Positions 1 through 9,542 of a stretch of DNA of 34,881 nt are shown here, piece after piece (the stretch's first letter is position 1; each line of letters starts with the position of its first letter). Position numbers and translations under genes: made by a program. The notes under the pieces are model-generated. The model was not told where the DNA came from and did not search any database. It saw nothing but the letters and a program-made list of their open reading frames with translations. The stretch is taken from the IMG/VR virus record IMGVR_UViG_3300037461_001799, positions 1-34,881 of that record. The stretch is one strand, 5' to 3'. The stretch is from a virus. Lineage: Duplodnaviria; Caudoviricetes.

Positions 1-1113
1 CTTTTCCTGTTTTCGGATCGGCTCCTCGTTTGTTTTATCCTTAGGGCCATCTAATGGTGCGTTATATCCTTTAAGAAATGCTTGTATCTCATCAGGAATT
101 TTTCCATGTTTCTCTTTTATTTGTTCAGCAATAGCTGTCATATATTTGCTTGGGTCGACAAGGGGTACTTTTGGTCTAGATAAAAAACTATTTATCTTCT
201 TAAGAGCACCCTTCCAATCTCCAGTCGAGAGATCAACACGATCCTCATCAACTTTGAGTCCCCCAAAAATCTTCATCCATTCGGAAGTGATGAGATTCAA
301 ATCTCTAATAGCGCTAATTTGTTTCTTGATTGCTTTAGAAACCTTGGTATCTGTAAATTGGGATGAAGTTATTTTATTCGGATTATCTTGTAAAATTTTA
401 TACGCTGTGGCGAGAATGACAAATCTATCAATTTCTTCGTTTGTTATATCTGGGACATCTTTCTCGAGATCCAAAAGAGCTTTAATTGCTTCAGGATCGA
501 CAATCTCACCCCAAGGCCCACTCATAATCGGGATCTTAATCGATTTAGGTAAATCAATGCGCATGGCAACGTCTTTTAGAGCGCTGACGATACCGGCCCT
601 TCCATAAAAATTCTTTATTTTGGCCCAAGCCTCCGGAATTACCTCACTAATGTTACCACTAACAGCGAACACATTTTTAAATCTTTCAAATGATTCATCG
701 AATGTTTCTGAAGCCTCCACAATCATGACTCCGGCCTCTTCAGCATCTGTCCTCGCCTGTCCTAATATTTCTACATATTTCCTCCGAAAACCTTTAGTAA
801 AGGCCGGACTTATTTTATTCATTTTCAGTTCAAGCTTAGATAAAATGGGTTTGATATACTTGGGGAGTTTGGCCGAGTATTTATAATTTAATGACATGTC
901 AGGATCGGCTTCAACCGGGGGTTTTATGTCAGGATCCTCCTGATCAATCCGCTTTTTCCTGTTATCATGTTTTGGTGGTCCAATAGCTGCATTATCACGA
1001 CTATGCGGCCTGTCTTTCCGACCTAACATATTCTCTTGAATATTTTTATCCTCACTTTCAAAAGAACTGATAGAATGTGTATGAATTATAGACCGGTCAT
1101 GATCATCTGTCAT
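1..1113 (-). CDS. Hypothetical protein, 3'-truncated by window edge (probable virion/head-associated)
   Basis: Not in the ORF track. Manual translation from ATG at 1113 (MTDDHDRSIIHTHS...PPKHDNRKKRIDQEDPDIKPPVEADPDMSLNYK...) stays open for 371 codons to position 1. Lies directly downstream of the portal gene. Confidence 0.8.
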   Translation of the reverse strand, partial: MTDDHDRSIIHTHSISSFESEDKNIQENMLGRKDRPHSRDNAAIGPPKHDNRKKRIDQEDPDIKPPVEADPDMSLNYKYSAKLPKYIKPILSKLELKMNKISPAFTKGFRRKYVEILGQARTDAEEAGVMIVEASETFDESFERFKNVFAVSGNISEVIPEAWAKIKNFYGRAGIVSALKDVAMRIDLPKSIKIPIMSGPWGEIVDPEAIKALLDLEKDVPDITNEEIDRFVILATAYKILQDNPNKITSSQFTDTKVSKAIKKQISAIRDLNLITSEWMKIFGGLKVDEDRVDLSTGDWKGALKKINSFLSRPKVPLVDPSKYMTAIAEQIKEKHGKIPDEIQAFLKGYNAPLDGPKDKTNEEPIRKQEK

Positions 1114-1242
1114 ACATTTAATTTTAATCAAAGGGCTGTCACATCAATCACATCAAATATACTAATCTAACAGCGCCCAAAACTTACCTGTCAATTCTTT
1201 TGCGGTCACTATCGCACTCAGCCATATATACGATGTCATGGA

Positions 1243-3051
1243 TCATTCCTTTCCAAAACGATCTCCTTCTTCTTCTATAACTCTCAAACCGATCCCACTA
1301 GCAATCTTCTTCATAACATCTGTTTTATCGGCCATGCCCTGCCCTACTTGTGTATACAGGGTCTTCAATACCTCATTGAAAGTCGAATCCTTCGGAGTGA
1401 ACATGTCTCGCTTCAACAGAAGGTGCGCATCTTCAGAATCAATGTTTAACAAGTCATAAATATAATCGATCGGCATTGACCCCTTCTGATATAGATTAAA
1501 CATGAAGTCCTGCATTTCAGTGTTATCACGCAAGGCCAAACGAGTGAACTGGAGCCTTGGGTATAAGAGCTGTCGAACTCCGAACTCGTCTTCTTCCACA
1601 AATCCCATTTTTTCTGCAACTGGTGCAAATAGTTGCTGTTCCACAAATTCCGATAACGTTTCACGATAAAGTAAATACATTGTATTCATTACATCCAGGT
1701 GAATACGCTCCCCGGAATAGGTCGACTCCCCAGTGAGCATAGACTCAGTTATACGTAGTCCAATAAACAATAATTTGTTCGTAATGTCATATTCTGACGC
1801 AAGATCAAGAAGTCTATCCCTAGCTCCAACTTCGTCCCAGTGAACCTCGAAGTTTGTAATAATAGTGAAATCTGGATCAATTAGCGCCTGATCGATCTGG
1901 TCACGCAGATCATCGACATCAGGCTGCGACATTTTATCACCCCAGATGATACGCTTTGGGGTCATCGCACGCGATGCAATCGATGTTTGAGCCTGACGCA
2001 GTTTATCCTGAAAAAGAAGCGTACGGATGCAACGCTCCAGTATTGAAACGCCGCGATCGTCATATGGGCTTCGTTTATGGGATAAATGGTAACAGAATGA
2101 CGAACATAAGAAATCATCGTATGGACTTGTATTGAGTGGGATTGGCTGACCGCTAAGCAGATTTTCTTTAATCTGCTCTGGTATACCGTCAGCAATCTTT
2201 TTGGCATCCGGGTCGTTCTGTTCAATAGCCTTGGATACAGCAAGTCTGTCTTTCTCGCTCGGAATTAACTCCATATGTACACGATTTGTGTATTGGAAGA
2301 TTTCAAGTTTAACTTGCTCCGGTGGAAGAATCTGAAGCCTTTGCCATCCTGTATACCTATCTTGTACAAATTTTTGAATGGCCTTAGACCGCTCCTTACC
2401 TTTATCGTTTGAAATCTGTTCTTTTTTAATGGCCGTTACACCGTCCAAGTTTATCTCTCCGATTTCCTCTTCAACATTGGAAATCGGTTCTGTCAGCTCT
2501 TCTGGTAGTTCTCCAGATAAATCGTGGTCCTCGCAAAAAATAAAGACATTTCCATGAAGCCAGTATTCATGAGTGATATCATATAAAACCTGAAACAAAC
2601 GAACTCTGCGACACATCTTCTCATAGAAATGTAATATTTGCTTATTACGTCTAATATCCTTTCCCTTCGGAGCCGCTAAACGGATTTTTGACATCGGAAC
2701 ATCGGTATGAAAGTCTATGGCCGCCCCGATGATTGGATGCGTGTTATACCAGAATCGAAGAAGTTCACGCTTTTCACGCTCAGACTGCGGAAGCTCAAGA
2801 AAATCTGTTGACAGCTGGGGGCTGTAAAAATTTTGGTCAGCTTGACTAATAGACATGGCGCTGGAATTCCCCATGTCCCCATAGAATGATGCTGCCATCC
2901 TGATGGACTGACTTTGCGCTTCTCGGCGGGCCTGCCGTTCAAGTTTGGTAAGTGGTTTAACAGCCATTTTTTGGCTGTTGACTGTCGTGACCGGTTTTCC
3001 ACTAACCTGTCCCGGTTTTACGCCGACTTTCTTCGACATGACTTTGCTCAC
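1243..3051 (-). CDS. Phage portal protein
   Basis: 602 aa, two small ORFs downstream of TerL. Portal-like segments RFWYNTHPIIGAAIDFH, HEYWLHGNVFIF, HLSHKRSPYDDRGVSILERC and a helical C-terminal region. Confidence 0.75.
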   Translation of the reverse strand: MSKVMSKKVGVKPGQVSGKPVTTVNSQKMAVKPLTKLERQARREAQSQSIRMAASFYGDMGNSSAMSISQADQNFYSPQLSTDFLELPQSEREKRELLRFWYNTHPIIGAAIDFHTDVPMSKIRLAAPKGKDIRRNKQILHFYEKMCRRVRLFQVLYDITHEYWLHGNVFIFCEDHDLSGELPEELTEPISNVEEEIGEINLDGVTAIKKEQISNDKGKERSKAIQKFVQDRYTGWQRLQILPPEQVKLEIFQYTNRVHMELIPSEKDRLAVSKAIEQNDPDAKKIADGIPEQIKENLLSGQPIPLNTSPYDDFLCSSFCYHLSHKRSPYDDRGVSILERCIRTLLFQDKLRQAQTSIASRAMTPKRIIWGDKMSQPDVDDLRDQIDQALIDPDFTIITNFEVHWDEVGARDRLLDLASEYDITNKLLFIGLRITESMLTGESTYSGERIHLDVMNTMYLLYRETLSEFVEQQLFAPVAEKMGFVEEDEFGVRQLLYPRLQFTRLALRDNTEMQDFMFNLYQKGSMPIDYIYDLLNIDSEDAHLLLKRDMFTPKDSTFNEVLKTLYTQVGQGMADKTDVMKKIASGIGLRVIEEEGDRFGKE

Positions 3052-3395
3052 TCAAAGATTGGTTCAGGACGCTCCGCGTCAGACACGGTATTCTCACGAG
3101 ATGAAGCGCAAGCATTCATTCTAACAATGAGTCTTTCTAAATATTGGCGCATTGGAAAAACTACGCCCAAGATTATTTTCATCCTGAGTCTTTGTGCAAT
3201 CATTAACCTGGATGAAGGGTCGCATTTCTTGATCTCCCTGTCCAAAGATAGAAGCAGATCGATGACCTGGCCAAGAACTGTAGATATCTCTAACATCTTT
3301 CCAACGATGGCTAGGTATTTGTCATAAATAGCATCGATTGGGGCCCTGTCAAACTGGCCTTGACGCACATTTGTCATATGAAACTTTACTTCCAC
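3048..3395 (-). CDS. Hypothetical helical protein
   Basis: Stop overlaps the portal start by 4 nt. Start may instead be the ATG at 3377. Confidence 0.55.
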   Translation of the reverse strand: MEVKFHMTNVRQGQFDRAPIDAIYDKYLAIVGKMLEISTVLGQVIDLLLSLDREIKKCDPSSRLMIAQRLRMKIILGVVFPMRQYLERLIVRMNACASSRENTVSDAERPEPIFE

Positions 3396-3643
3396 ACCTT
3401 TGCAATACGAGCGGCTATCTTATTGAGCTGTCGGGCTTTTAAAATATTCCCGATGCACTCATCGAGGATATCTATATGATCTCTGTTCCCCTCAATAATT
3501 TGGCGCCATAAACCTCCAGCTTTTTTGAAAAGTTTGCATATAGCAAGAATTTCCTCATCATCGATGTCACTCACTCCCCAAATATGAGTCAAGAGTTGTT
3601 CTATTACATACCAAGCAGTTGTATCTCTTATTCCAGCATTCAC
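3386..3643 (-). CDS. Hypothetical protein
   Basis: 85 aa ORF filling the gap after TerL; ends LNKIAARIAKVWK. Confidence 0.6.
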   Translation of the reverse strand: MNAGIRDTTAWYVIEQLLTHIWGVSDIDDEEILAICKLFKKAGGLWRQIIEGNRDHIDILDECIGNILKARQLNKIAARIAKVWK

Positions 3644-3666
3644 GCAATGCCCGCCTGATAACAGGG

Positions 3667-5595
3667 CTATCTTCGAGTTGGCCCTATACGCATTCGATCT
3701 GGACCGCCATGCATACGATGTCGTATACTATGATACCTATTATATGATGATGGTACAGGGGCTTGCTGAACTGGGGAAATAATGTGTCTAACACTAGTTT
3801 CCAGTACGCCAGGATGACTCTTAATATACTCGGTGGCTAGCAATACGCTCCGGACCAAAGCGTCAGACTGATCGTCATGCTTCCCCGCAGACTTCGGGGC
3901 TTCAACAACTGTTATATTTTTCCCACCAGACGTTGCCTGAAGTTCGAGCAATTCCGCAATTAAAGGAGAATGCCTCATTGTCGTTGAGTCCGATTCAACC
4001 TGCTGAGGAGTAGGATAATCATATAAACTTAGCTGACGACCAAACATGCACATCTTTGTAGTATGAAATGCATGTGATGAATCTGTAATCGAAAAATTTC
4101 GCATTTCAAATTGCTTCAGACCACGCCTATGTAATTCTTGTTCAAAAATCGGGCCTGCCCACTGATCGAATACACCTTTCTCTATGTAAAACCTAGTTGA
4201 TAAATTCTTAAACCATTCTGCAATCTCAATCATATCAAGACGTGTGACACCCTTAAGATTTTTCGCGTATTCGGTCGGGGGAACTGTAAGATGAGGATTT
4301 GAATCATACCAACTCTTTCCAGCATACCAAACTTCATGATATGCCAGTTCAATTTTCCCGTCAATAAAATGAACTATAGCTATGGAAGTTCCGTCACGAA
4401 CAATCCCAAAGTCAACCCCGGCCCAGAATAGCTCTCGCGGGCCCCCACGGATAATTGGACGCAATCCTGGTTTGATACACTCAGTAAGATCTCTTGATTC
4501 TTCAATCCACCCGCGAACACGGTCTGAGAATTCGGCTCCATGCTCTGTCATGAATGACTTGGGGTCTTTGTTGAATTCAACTTCATAATAGCTACTATCG
4601 AGAGTTGGGTTTACCTCCCAAGTGGGGGCCTGAACCATAAGCATATTTTTAGAAGCAATCCCACCGCTCGACGATGTTTGATACTGTCGGTAGAAGAAAC
4701 CGTCACGTGCATCTGGAGACGAAATCATAATGGCACGCCCGTCTGAAGGACCAATCGACTTATGCTTGTTCTTCGGATCCTTTGGAGAAAATTGGGCAAT
4801 GGATGGGTTAATGGCTCTGTAGACCTGTTCAGCTGAAGATTTTCCATCGTCCACGAAGAATGCGATCTCGTCAAGAATATAACAAATGATACCTCTACCT
4901 CGCAAACCTTTTGCAATTGAGCTTTTGAACGTGGCCGTGATAGTTGAACGACCTCCCTGACCGTATTTTTGACGGTCCTGGTCGGTTTGAAACCGCATGA
5001 ACGTCTGGGTCTGATTGGTCATCGATGATTTGAAATAATCGACATTGTCGACATATCCAGACATATCTCCGTAAACAATTGACGCCTGCTCTTTATCGTT
5101 GGCAACGCAGAGTACACGAATCTCACTGTTAACAGGGATCCCATAAAATCCTTGCGGGTTCCTACGCCGCAGAAGCTTATAAAGCTCATATGCAGCAATG
5201 ATGGCGCTCAAAGTGCTTTTTCCACTGCGACGTCCGAGAACCAGGATAAGCTCATGACGAGTGCGAGAATCTTGTACCCGAATGTTGCAACGCCCTTGAT
5301 CATATAAGTATACTAGATATTGGACTTCTGTAAATTCATGCAACACCTTAGTGTTAAATCTATCAGTTATTTTTATAACTTTCTCTGTATCATCAAGCGG
5401 AATGTTATAGTATAATTTAAGGATAAATTTTTGGACAGGAAATAAGCCATTTGGGAGTAGCTTAAAGCGCTCTATAAAATCAGTTATTGACAGAAATTCA
5501 ACGTTATCCTCATCTTTTTTCCCAACTCTTTCGTCGAGAAAACTGTCGATGACACTTATGAGCTCGCTCTTCTGTTTCTTCTCAGTACTTGGCAT
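3667..5595 (-). CDS. terL: Terminase large subunit
   Basis: Walker A LGRRSGKS, Walker B ICYILDE, coupling motif ISSP; RNase H-like nuclease motifs AGVDFG, FDQW, HDDQSDA. AAGGA SD upstream. Confidence 0.9.
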   Translation of the reverse strand: MPSTEKKQKSELISVIDSFLDERVGKKDEDNVEFLSITDFIERFKLLPNGLFPVQKFILKLYYNIPLDDTEKVIKITDRFNTKVLHEFTEVQYLVYLYDQGRCNIRVQDSRTRHELILVLGRRSGKSTLSAIIAAYELYKLLRRRNPQGFYGIPVNSEIRVLCVANDKEQASIVYGDMSGYVDNVDYFKSSMTNQTQTFMRFQTDQDRQKYGQGGRSTITATFKSSIAKGLRGRGIICYILDEIAFFVDDGKSSAEQVYRAINPSIAQFSPKDPKNKHKSIGPSDGRAIMISSPDARDGFFYRQYQTSSSGGIASKNMLMVQAPTWEVNPTLDSSYYEVEFNKDPKSFMTEHGAEFSDRVRGWIEESRDLTECIKPGLRPIIRGGPRELFWAGVDFGIVRDGTSIAIVHFIDGKIELAYHEVWYAGKSWYDSNPHLTVPPTEYAKNLKGVTRLDMIEIAEWFKNLSTRFYIEKGVFDQWAGPIFEQELHRRGLKQFEMRNFSITDSSHAFHTTKMCMFGRQLSLYDYPTPQQVESDSTTMRHSPLIAELLELQATSGGKNITVVEAPKSAGKHDDQSDALVRSVLLATEYIKSHPGVLETSVRHIISPVQQAPVPSSYNRYHSIRHRMHGGPDRMRIGPTRR

Positions 5596-5723
5596 ATCAA
5601 GTCCTTATACCCCATGACGAAGCTTAATAACGTCATCTCTCCCATTTTGATCTTGTAAATGGCGCTTTCTGGCTTCTCACATGTCGCCAAACTTCTTCTT
5701 TGGTTCTCTACTCATTGTTTTAA

Positions 5724-5921
5724 TTAAACATTATAGGAAATAGTAGGATTCCATGCCCCACATTTGAATTTTTCTTTTAAACACTTTGGGTAAAAAACTA
5801 CCGCAAAATTATCCTTATCTTTCTCGAGATAATCTAAATCAAGATAGTCCTCTGACAATTTGAATGCAAGATTGCAATCAGGACATTTGCAATCTATGTA
5901 AACGATCTTTTTATTTGTCAT
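5724..5921 (-). CDS. Small Cys-containing hypothetical protein (possible Zn ribbon)
   Basis: CKCPDC...C...C; ATG at 5921 preceded by GGGGTG. Confidence 0.45.
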   Translation of the reverse strand: MTNKKIVYIDCKCPDCNLAFKLSEDYLDLDYLEKDKDNFAVVFYPKCLKEKFKCGAWNPTISYNV

Positions 5922-6009
5922 ATAAACACCCCGCAATGACAAGTGCGTTGATGATTCACAAACTGTCTCTTATAGATAAGTATCTGCATGCCGACAGGTT
6001 TATGAAACA

Positions 6010-6591
6010 TTAACATGTTTCATTGGCTTCCATGCGCCTTTCCCATCCAATCATGTCAGCCTTCATCTGCTGAAATACAACATTTATAACTTCTGGAGAC
6101 ACACCAGATTTTTCCATAGCTTCATAGAAAAATTGCATCCATATTTTAAATATCTTTTGAAGACGTGGAGACTTCAGGTCTAAAGTTTCAGCAATGTCCG
6201 CTTCTTTTCTACGAATTAATGTTTCGGCCAAAGATTTGAGGCCATTAATACGAGCTACAGTATACTGAGCTGTGTTTTTACCCTCCTTTGTCGCCTTACG
6301 GCGTTCCCACTTCAAGTGGGATACTTCCTCTGCTATCTCAGTTAGCAGAACGTCCATGGCTTTGGAAGAACCCTCAGTCATGGCTTTCACTAACGGCTGG
6401 TCCTTTACATAGGCTACACGATCCCGCAAATCCTTTTTAATGTCTGCAGGATCTAGTAGTTCTGCCGTTGGGACCTGTCCAGAGGATCCAACAATAAATT
6501 CGACGCCAACTTCTTTGGGATCTAGGGTTTTTCCACCAGGAAAAACTATGATGTTCCCATTCTTCTCGTCATCATCAGGTGTGTCACTCAT
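6010..6591 (-). CDS. Hypothetical helical protein; candidate terminase small subunit
   Basis: 193 aa, helical/coiled-coil, close upstream of terL. TerS call is positional only. Confidence 0.5.
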   Translation of the reverse strand: MSDTPDDDEKNGNIIVFPGGKTLDPKEVGVEFIVGSSGQVPTAELLDPADIKKDLRDRVAYVKDQPLVKAMTEGSSKAMDVLLTEIAEEVSHLKWERRKATKEGKNTAQYTVARINGLKSLAETLIRRKEADIAETLDLKSPRLQKIFKIWMQFFYEAMEKSGVSPEVINVVFQQMKADMIGWERRMEANETC

Positions 6592-6616
6592 AGGTACATG
6601 AAACTGTACCTTATCT

Positions 6617-8557
6617 TTATTCTGTTACACTGTGATTTTCAAAGCAGATTTCAGGTAGGGAAAGCCTCTTATCCGGCTCCACGACAATGCTAGCTGATAG
6701 CTGATACTTTTCAACAGGGTTTTCAACTGGGGTGTCGATCTGAATCGAATTATGTTTTCTAGCCTCTGCAGCTGCAGTAATAACATCCCCTGGGATTTGA
6801 CGTATGAGATTTTTGGAATATTTTGCACACCAGCCGGGGGCGGTCTGCATTGAACAACCGGTGCATGCTTCCCCAGCCATAACATTTGGAGCTCCGATTT
6901 TTCGGAAATGTTTAGCCCCAGCAGAGCACCCTCTGCCATAATCTGGGTATGCGGTTGGATCAACAAAGTATAATCCCTGGATTCCGTCGTTTTTCGCTAG
7001 CTCCGCCCCAACCTTTGGGACTTTAACTAGATCACTACGGGAATATCGGGAGAGAATTGAATTTCGCAACGCTTTCCCACTCATTCCGGAATTCATCATA
7101 TGTGATATACTCTTACGTATTTCTTCTGCGTCAACCGATGGAGTCGAGATCGTTTCCCACTCTGGAATTGTAACCCCATGATGTGCTGTAACACGCGCTC
7201 CACCATAAGATACTTGTTGTTGCGCTGGTTTCAGCAAATTCGCCTGAGATACCAAAGCCTGCCAATTTGATTTTGATGGGGCCTTCGATGCGGCGTGTCT
7301 GGCAGCTTCAATCGAGATAGCACCGCGGTCTGACGCCCGAAGAAGGGCAGTCACAAGATGTTCTCTTTCGATCTTAGCCTCTTCAACAATCGGAGTAACA
7401 GATCTAATCTTAGCACAGGATCCATCTGACGCATCTTTACATTCAGTGCAACATGCAGACCGACGCACAACAAAGTCTGGCGCTGCATCCATTTTAGAAA
7501 TTAGACTAAGTGTCTTGCTACATCCTCCAAACGCATCCATGTCAATATATGTGTGTCCAAGAATTCCATACATTGATGCAATTTTTCGAACTTCTGGATC
7601 CGAAGATCCAGCTATAGCATCCGGGGAACCGCCAAGCATAATGTGTTTAGAAGCGGCAATAAACGCTCGGCTTAATGTTGGCACTTGTTGGGCCGGTTTC
7701 GCCAACACGGCAGCCATTTGCTGCTCAGTTACCGCCGGTTTAACTTCTTGGTCTTGATGCCTCAAAGTAAGCCCAGACATATAGTCCCGTTTAAAATTGA
7801 CTGGACTAGAGCAAAAACCATTCTTCAAAAACCGCTTCCGATCTTCATCGGACCCGTGGACAGCTGCCCCCAAGCCTTGTTTGTCTACCCTCCCCTGGCT
7901 GGCGAGCTGGACAGCATAATGGGCAAAATTTTGCCTATCATATGGAACATGTTCGACAAGTCGCTTGTGGAGGTTTGAACACATTCCGCCACGATTGTGT
8001 ACGCATCCAGTGCATTCTTGTTTAGTTAAAACAAATTTTGCACTTTTAGCTCGAGATGCAACAAACCTCTTGTCGTCACTATCTTGAGCGCATCGGGGAA
8101 AATGATGAGCGTCAATATATACGTTCCCAATCAGTCCTCGCTCTGTTAAAATAGTCTCAATCCCGCTCGAAGCATCCCGGATCTGGGACGGTGAAAACTC
8201 AAGCCTGAGTTTTTCCCCTATTTGGCGAGTGGAAAGACCTGATATCAGGTACCCAGCAACACGGTTCACAATCTCTTTTGCCATATTTCTGGCTGGCGTT
8301 CCGGGTGGATCAAGAGGATTAGTGTTCACCATCGTATGAGGCCGAAGAGGAATCAACGACGGAACGTTCCCATCATTGAACGTCAAAGCACGTTGAAGCT
8401 CTGGAATAACATCGAGATTTTGCTTAGGTAAAGCCTCGGCTTTATGATAATCGTCTGGGTCTACGTCGAGCCATGACAAATCTGATAATCCAACATTATG
8501 GAGGACGTTGGAAATATCGCCAAGACCTGACTTCCCAAACTCTATTTTCTTAGCCAT
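6617..8557 (-). CDS. Hypothetical protein with three internal Cys-rich repeats
   Basis: 646 aa; three copies of GxxGxx[YF][IV]D...C...CxxC-x7/8-C. Confidence 0.75.
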   Translation of the reverse strand: MAKKIEFGKSGLGDISNVLHNVGLSDLSWLDVDPDDYHKAEALPKQNLDVIPELQRALTFNDGNVPSLIPLRPHTMVNTNPLDPPGTPARNMAKEIVNRVAGYLISGLSTRQIGEKLRLEFSPSQIRDASSGIETILTERGLIGNVYIDAHHFPRCAQDSDDKRFVASRAKSAKFVLTKQECTGCVHNRGGMCSNLHKRLVEHVPYDRQNFAHYAVQLASQGRVDKQGLGAAVHGSDEDRKRFLKNGFCSSPVNFKRDYMSGLTLRHQDQEVKPAVTEQQMAAVLAKPAQQVPTLSRAFIAASKHIMLGGSPDAIAGSSDPEVRKIASMYGILGHTYIDMDAFGGCSKTLSLISKMDAAPDFVVRRSACCTECKDASDGSCAKIRSVTPIVEEAKIEREHLVTALLRASDRGAISIEAARHAASKAPSKSNWQALVSQANLLKPAQQQVSYGGARVTAHHGVTIPEWETISTPSVDAEEIRKSISHMMNSGMSGKALRNSILSRYSRSDLVKVPKVGAELAKNDGIQGLYFVDPTAYPDYGRGCSAGAKHFRKIGAPNVMAGEACTGCSMQTAPGWCAKYSKNLIRQIPGDVITAAAEARKHNSIQIDTPVENPVEKYQLSASIVVEPDKRLSLPEICFENHSVTE

Positions 8558-9542
8558 CTTGGAGACCTCTTACCATTTCAACGACAGAATCGACCCTGTC
8601 GCCACATTTCTTAAGCACGTCATGAGCACTCTGACTGGATGTCATGATAGAAGCAATCTGCTTCCGAATCTGAGTTAACTTTTCAAGCGATAAAGTGTGA
8701 AAATCTGTCGAAGCAGTCTTTGTTGACACTGGAAACTGATCAAGAACATCGGCTACGTGGACCCCATGACGGTGCTGAAGACACCTGATAATGTCTGACG
8801 CCAAATACTGATGATACCCGTTTTCCTGCAAAAAGGCCATGACATGACGCCGGGTGACTCCGCTCTTACCAACCTTCTTCAGAAAGTCAGAGGTGAGCGT
8901 TCCGATCAGTTCAAGGTTGGTAGCCGTCTTCTTCATGTTCAGCCCTCGCGCTGTAAAACGTTCACGCGCTGACGCGCCAATCGGAACGCTTGTGTACTTA
9001 TCAATTTCTTCAAGAGAATTATCCATCACCGGGAATGACATAGGCTGGGCCACATCGTCTAGTTCCCAGTTAGACCAGGCGTTTCCATACGCCCCAATAA
9101 GTTTGTCTAGTGTTTCTTCATTCTTTGAAGGCCCCGGCAAAGCCGTTTCCCCGATTTTCGTCTTGTCATAGTAGTCAGACCTAGCCGGCGGATTTGATTC
9201 GTCATATGGAAGCTTTGCTTCGGCTACTGACTTAATAACAGGTTGGATGATGCTATCTTCTGGTTTCTTCTTATAACGAACGGGCCTGTCACTATCACCC
9301 GGAAGAGCAGAGGAACTGCATCTTCCGGCGTCGGAAACAGGCGAATAAACATCCCCCCTGTCAGGGGCGTCCGGGTCATGCATCCTGCTTTTATATTCCT
9401 TTTGAGAGGGAAGCGATTCCCCCCGAGCTTCAAAGTCTCCTTCGTCTTTATATTCGCTCTCAATTGCCCCATCATAAGTCCCATAACCAAAGGTGTTCAC
9501 CTTCCGGTTCAGGGTATCAGTTGTGGGGAGCTGTGATGGCAT
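8550..9542 (-). CDS. Hypothetical protein (probable head-associated)
   Basis: 330 aa, overlaps both neighbours; acidic/Pro-rich N-half, helical C-half. Confidence 0.7.
   Translation of the reverse strand: MPSQLPTTDTLNRKVNTFGYGTYDGAIESEYKDEGDFEARGESLPSQKEYKSRMHDPDAPDRGDVYSPVSDAGRCSSSALPGDSDRPVRYKKKPEDSIIQPVIKSVAEAKLPYDESNPPARSDYYDKTKIGETALPGPSKNEETLDKLIGAYGNAWSNWELDDVAQPMSFPVMDNSLEEIDKYTSVPIGASARERFTARGLNMKKTATNLELIGTLTSDFLKKVGKSGVTRRHVMAFLQENGYHQYLASDIIRCLQHRHGVHVADVLDQFPVSTKTASTDFHTLSLEKLTQIRKQIASIMTSSQSAHDVLKKCGDRVDSVVEMVRGLQDG

Noticed and set aside
146-886. Plus-strand ORFs 146..607 and 620..886
   Set aside because: Antisense shadows of the continuous minus-strand ORF 1..1113.
3667-5595. 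Intein or intron in terL (also checked in recD2, dnaX and the ligase halves)
   Set aside because: Motif spacing is continuous and no Hint-type C...HN or LAGLIDADG blocks are visible.
5605-5715. Mini-ORF MSREPKKKFGDM*EARKRHLQDQNGRDDVIKLRHGV*, suggesting TGA read-through or recoding
   Set aside because: TGA, TAG and TAA all end well-supported genes here and coding density is high under the standard code; too short to support.
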